Notes under the pieces: model-generated
What the model was told of the DNA's origin: nothing
What the model saw: the letters and a program-made list of their open reading frames with translations, nothing else
Database searches by the model: none
Program-made: the position numbers and the translations under genes
Shown here: positions 7,201 to 13,200 of the stretch, piece after piece
How positions within the stretch are numbered: position 1 is the stretch's first letter
Layout of the letters: every line of letters begins with the position of its first letter
Assembly (NCBI GenBank): GCA_937915965.1
Contig: CALGHC010000490.1
Coordinates: 1 to 35,467, forward strand
Reading direction: 5' to 3'
Source of the DNA: an uncultured Myxococcales bacterium
GTDB lineage: Bacteria > Myxococcota_A > UBA9042
Length of the DNA: 35,467 nt

Positions 7201-10200
7201 CAGACGGCGCTGATCCCGATCAAGGCGCTCGACTCAGACATCGCCGATATCATTTCGTTCTCCCTGGTCAAGGCGCCGAGCTTCGTCAAGCTCACGTCGG
7301 CCCTGTACTTCTGGCTGGACGAGTCGTGGAACGCGAACCTGACGATCGCACCGGACGATCTGGCCCAGGTCGGCGAGCACGAGGTGACCATCAAGGTCTC
7401 GGACGGCTACCTCTACAAGCTGTGCACGTTCAAGGTCACCGTGACCTACCAGGGCGGCGTCCTCATCTGGAAGCCCTCCGAGGTCCCAGAGGGCAACGCG
7501 ACGCCGGTGAAGGAAGCGGTCATCGATCTCGGCAAGTTCGCCCAGATCGTCGACGACATCTCGCTGTACCCCGACCTCACCAAGTTCGACGCCGTGTTCG
7601 TGCTGCTTGGCGTCTATCCCTACAACCACGTGCTGGTCGAGGGCGAAGTCAACGGTCTGAAGCTCTATCTCGCCAAGGGCGGCAAGCTCTACATGGAAGG
7701 CGGCGAGACCTGGTTCTTCGATAACCCGACCACGCTGCACGCCTTCTTCAAGGTCACCGGCGACGTGGACGAGTCGCCGGCGGGCGTCACCGGGCCACTC
7801 GATGGCTACGCGGCCTACGCCGACGTCAACGTGACTCCGACCAAGCACTTCCAGTGGAACTACAGCCAGGACTTTGACTGGAACAACGCCAACGACCTCA
7901 TCAAGGCAAAGACGACCGTCCAGCGTACCCGCAAGATCCTGCAGTCCAGCGGTGGGCAGGTGTTCACGACTCAGGTGGGCCACGATGACCTGATCGCGAA
8001 GTACCGATCCATCGGCTCGTCGATCCTCTTTGGTGGTGTGCTTCCGGGCCCGCTCGACACGGCCGGCGACATGATGGAGCGGATCTTCTGGTTCTTCGAC
8101 AACGGTTTCGTCGATTGCACCAAGCACAGCGACTGCGACGATGGCAACGACTGCACCGACGACATCTGCCAGGACGGCGAGTGCAGCAGCGCCAACACCT
8201 GCCTGTGCCAGGGGCTGGCCGGGCCAGAGTGCAACGGCGCCGCGCTGACCAAGCTGATCACCAACGGCGGCGGCTCGACCGACGTCGTCGACAGCTACTC
8301 TTGCGATCCTGGCGTGTGGCTCGGCAAGGAGTCCGCGTTCGCCTACAAGAGCGACGACTCGCGCCAGGTTAGCGTCCAGCTCAGCAACATCTCGAACACC
8401 AACGCGCGGATCTTCATCCTGCGCGAAACCGAGAAGGGCTGCGACCCGACCAACTGCATCGTCTCCGGCAGCGACAGCGTCGACTTCACGGCCGTCGGTG
8501 GCGTGCAGTTCTACATCGTCGTCGACGTGCCCGGTCAGGCCGAGACTGCACAGTTCGACATGGCTCTGACGTGCGCCGACCCGGAGATCTGCGACAACGG
8601 CGTCGACGACAACGCCAACGGCCTGATCGACTGCGCTGACCTTGGCTCGTGCTGCGGCGACGCGGCCTGCGCCGAGACCTGCGACGGCATCGACGACGAC
8701 TGCGACGGCCAGGTCGACGAGGACTGCGACGACGACGGCGACCAGTTCTGCGACGCCTCGATGGTCGTGAAGGGTACGCCGGCGATCTGCGTCAAGGGCG
8801 GCGGCGACTGCGAGGACCTCGACGGCACGGTCAACCCGAGCTCGGTCGAGATCTGCCTCAACGGCAAGGACGACAACTGCAGCGGCAGCCCGGACGAAGA
8901 GAACGCTGACGGCTGCGTGCAGTACTACAGCGATCTGGACTCCGACGAGTACGGCACCGGCGCGCCGAAGTGCTTGTGCGCGCCCAGCGGCAGCTACAAG
9001 GCGCTCGCCGGCGGCGACTGCAACGACGCCAACAAGAACGTCAACCCGGGCACGACTGAGCAGTGCGACACCGAGGATGACGACAACTGCGACGGCTCGA
9101 ATAACGATCTCAACGCCGACGGCTGCAGCAACTTCTACACCGATCTAGACGACGACCTGTGGGGCACGACGCCGTTCAAGTGCATCTGCGTCGCGGACGG
9201 CGTCTTCAAGTCCGGCAAGCCGGGCGACTGCAACGAGTCGGACGCCAGCATCAACCCCGGCATGGCCGAGAGCTGCAACAACATCGACGACAACTGCAAT
9301 GGTCAGATCGATGAAGGCTGCGACGACGACGGCGACCTCTACTGCGACATCGATCCCGTCTATGCACCGCCGCCGGGCGGCGCGCCCGACATCTGCCCGA
9401 AGGGCCCAGGCGACACCGACGACACCGACCCGTCGATCAATCCCGAGGGAATCGAGATCTGCGACGGCCAGGACAACGACTCCAACGGCCAGGTCGACGA
9501 GGGCTGCGACGACGACAGCGACGGCTTCTGCGACACCGCCATGATCACCATCGGCACGCCGCCGTCCTGTCCCGGCGGCGGCGGCGACTGCAACGACACG
9601 GACGAGCTGGTCAACCCAGCGGTCAAGGAAGAGTGCAACACCGTCTACGACGACAACTGCAACGGATCAATCAACGATCTCAATGCCTTGAACTGCACCC
9701 CGTGGTTCCGCGATGCCGACATCGACCTGTGGGGCACCAGCGACAACAAGTGCCTGTGCTTCCCGGTCGGTCAGTACAGCGCGGTCAACCCCGGCGACTG
9801 CAACGACAGCGATCCGGTGATCAACCCGGCCGCGACCGAGATCTGCGACAACATCGACAACGACTGCGACGACCTGACTGACGAGGGCTGCGACGAGGAC
9901 GGTGACGAGTACTGCAACACCGAGATGGTCATCCTCGGCGTGCCGACCGTCTGTCCCAACGGCGCGGGCGACTGCAATGACAGCGACGCCACGGTCAACC
10001 CGTCGCGCATCGAGGTCTGCGCCAACGGCAAGGACGACAACTGCAACGGCACGCAGAACGATCAGGACGCCACCGGCTGTACCATCTACTACGTTGATGA
10101 GGACAGCGACACGTTCGGCACCACCTCGTCGAAGTGCTACTGCGAGCCTTTCGGTACGTTCAAGTCGACCAACAACGAGGACTGCGACGATGGCGTCGCG

Positions 10201-13200
10201 GCCGTCAACCCCGCGGCGCTCGAGATCTGCGACAACATCGACAACAACTGCGACGGCGTCATCGATGAGGGCTGCGACGACGACAACGACGACAACTGCG
10301 ACGCCTCGATGACGACGATCGGAACGCCGATTACGTGTCAGGGTGGCGGTGGCGACTGTGACGACAACGACGCAAGCATCTACAAGGCCAAGACGGCCGA
10401 GGTCTGCGACGACGTCGACGATGACTGCAACGGCGTGATCGACAATGGCTGCGACGACGATCAGGACGGCTTCTGCGACGCCAACCTGCTCGTGGCGGCG
10501 AAGACCCCATCGGTCTGCCCCAAGGGAGCCGGCGACTGCGATGACGTCAACGACGACGTCAACCCAGAGGCCGCCGAGGTCTGCGGCAACAACCTCGACG
10601 ACAACTGCAACGGCAGCCAGAACGACGAGGACGCGCTGGGTTGCAAGGCCTTCTTCTTCGACAGCGACGAGGACTTCTACGGTCTGAATCTCTCGAAGTG
10701 CCTGTGCGTGTCGGCCGGCGCCTTCACCGCCTCCCAGGGTGGCGACTGTGACGACATCGAGAAGACGATCAACCCCAACGCGGTCGAGGTCTGCGACGAC
10801 GTCGACAACAACTGCGACGGCGTGATCGACGAGCCCAACGCTGGGGGCTGCACGCCGCTGTACTACGACGGCGACGGCGACAGCTACGGCATCGACCTGA
10901 CCTCGTGCGTGTGCAAGCCGACGGTGCCCTACACAGCCACGATGAAGGGCGACTGCAACGACACCAACGCGGACATGAACCCCGGCGCCTCGGAGCTTTG
11001 CAACAACATCGACGACAACTGCGATACGCAGGTCGACGAGGGCTGCAACGACGACGGCGACAAGTTCTGCGACGCCGCGATGACGACGATCGGTCAGCCC
11101 GCGGTCTGCGCGCTGGGCGGCGGCGACTGCGACGACGAAGACGCGTCGATCAGCCCGATCGGCAACGAGGCGTGCAACGACAAGGACGACAACTGCAACG
11201 GCACCACCGACGAGGGCTGCGATGACGACCTCGACGGCTACTGCGACGCCAACCTGGCGACGACGGGCAACCCGGCGGCGTGCTCGAGCGGTGGCGGCGA
11301 CTGCAATGACCTCGACAACGCGATCAACCCCGGCAAGGACGAGATCTGCGGCAACACCGTCGACGAGAACTGCTCGGGTTCGGACAACGACGAGGACGCG
11401 GTCGGCTGCAAGGTCTTCTACGAGGACGGCGACCAGGACACGTGGGGCGCCGACGGCGGCGACTCGAAGTGCCTGTGCAAGGCCGAGGGCATCCTGGTCG
11501 GGACCAAGGACGGCGACTGCGACGACAACAACGAGCTCGTCTACAACGGCGCCGTCGAGATCTGTGACGGCATCGACAACAACTGCGAAGGCACCATCGA
11601 CGAGGGCTGCGACAACGACTCGGATGGCTACTGCGACTCGGCGATGACCACCATCGGTACGCCGCCGAGCTGCCCGTACGGTGGCGGCGACTGCGAAGAC
11701 GAGGACGAGGCGATCAACCCGGGCAGCAAGGAGATCTGCGCAACGCCGTATGACGACAACTGCGACGGCAACCTCAACGACGTCGGCGGCGACTCGTGCA
11801 CGACGTACTATTACGACAGCGACGGCGACGGTTGGGGCGTGGGCGTGACGCAGTGCCTGTGCGCACCGGACGGCAAGTTCACCGCCGACAAGTCGGGTGA
11901 CTGCGACGACACCGATGTGGGCACCAACCCGGCAGCGGCCGAGGTCTGCGGCGACGGCATCGACAACAACTGCAACGGCAACCCGAACGAGGTTGGTGCC
12001 GAGAACTGCTCGCAGTTCTTCAAGGACGGGGACAAGGACGGCTACGGCTTCGGCGCCTCGGTGTGCATGTGTGTGGCCTACGGCGAGTACATCGCCGCGA
12101 TCGGCGGCGACTGCAACGATGGCGACAACGGCGTCAACCCCGGTACGGACGAGCTGTGCGACGGCAAGGACAACAACTGCCTCGCCGGCATCGACGAGGA
12201 CTGCGACGGCGACGGCGACGACTGGTGCGCCGCCGACAAGCAGGTCGTCGGCAAGCCGCCGGTCTGCCCCAACGGCGGCGGCGACTGCAATGACCAGGTG
12301 CCGACCACCTACCCGCAGGCCGAGGAGATCTGCGACAACGTCGACAACAACTGCGACGACGTCACGGACGAGGCTTGTGACTCCGACAAGGATGGCTGGT
12401 GCGCGACCGGCAAGACGGTCATCAACAACCCGCCGGTCTGCGACGGCGGCGTCGATGACTGCAACGATCTCAACAGCCAGGTGTACCCGGGCAAGGTCGA
12501 GATCTGCGATGACATCGACAACAACTGCGACGGAGTCACCGACGAGGGCTGCGACGACGATGGCGACAACTACTGCGACCTGAACATGTTCCTCGCTGGC
12601 TTCCCGTCGACCTGCACGGCCGGCGGCGGCGACTGCGACGACACCAACGCGGTGGTCAACCCGGGCGCTCCCGAGATCTGCGACAGCCTCGACAACAACT
12701 GCTCTGCGGGCATCGACGAGGTCTGCAACGACGACGACGGTGACGGCTACTGCAAGGGCAGCGCGACGGTCAGCCCGGGCTGCCCCAAGGGCGGCGGCGA
12801 CTGCAACGACGGCAATCCGTTGATCAACCCCGGCCAGACGGAGGATTGCAACACCGAGTTCGACGACGACTGCAACGGGTCCCTCAACGAGTCCGGTGCG
12901 GCCAACTGTGTGACCTGGTACCAGGACGCGGACGTCGACGGCTACGGCACTGGCGCGGGCACCTGCCTGTGCTTCCAGAGCGGCAACCTGACGGCGGCGG
13001 CGCCGGGCGACTGCGACGACACCAACGGCAAGGTCAACCCGATGGCCACCGAGTACTGCGATGGCATCGACAACGACTGCCAGGGACTCGACAGCGGCTG
13101 CGACGACGACGGCGACAAGTACTGCGACGCCAACCTGCTCGTGAAGAAGGGCGCGACCTGCGTCAACTCGACCGTGCCCGGCGACGACTCGTCGATCCCC

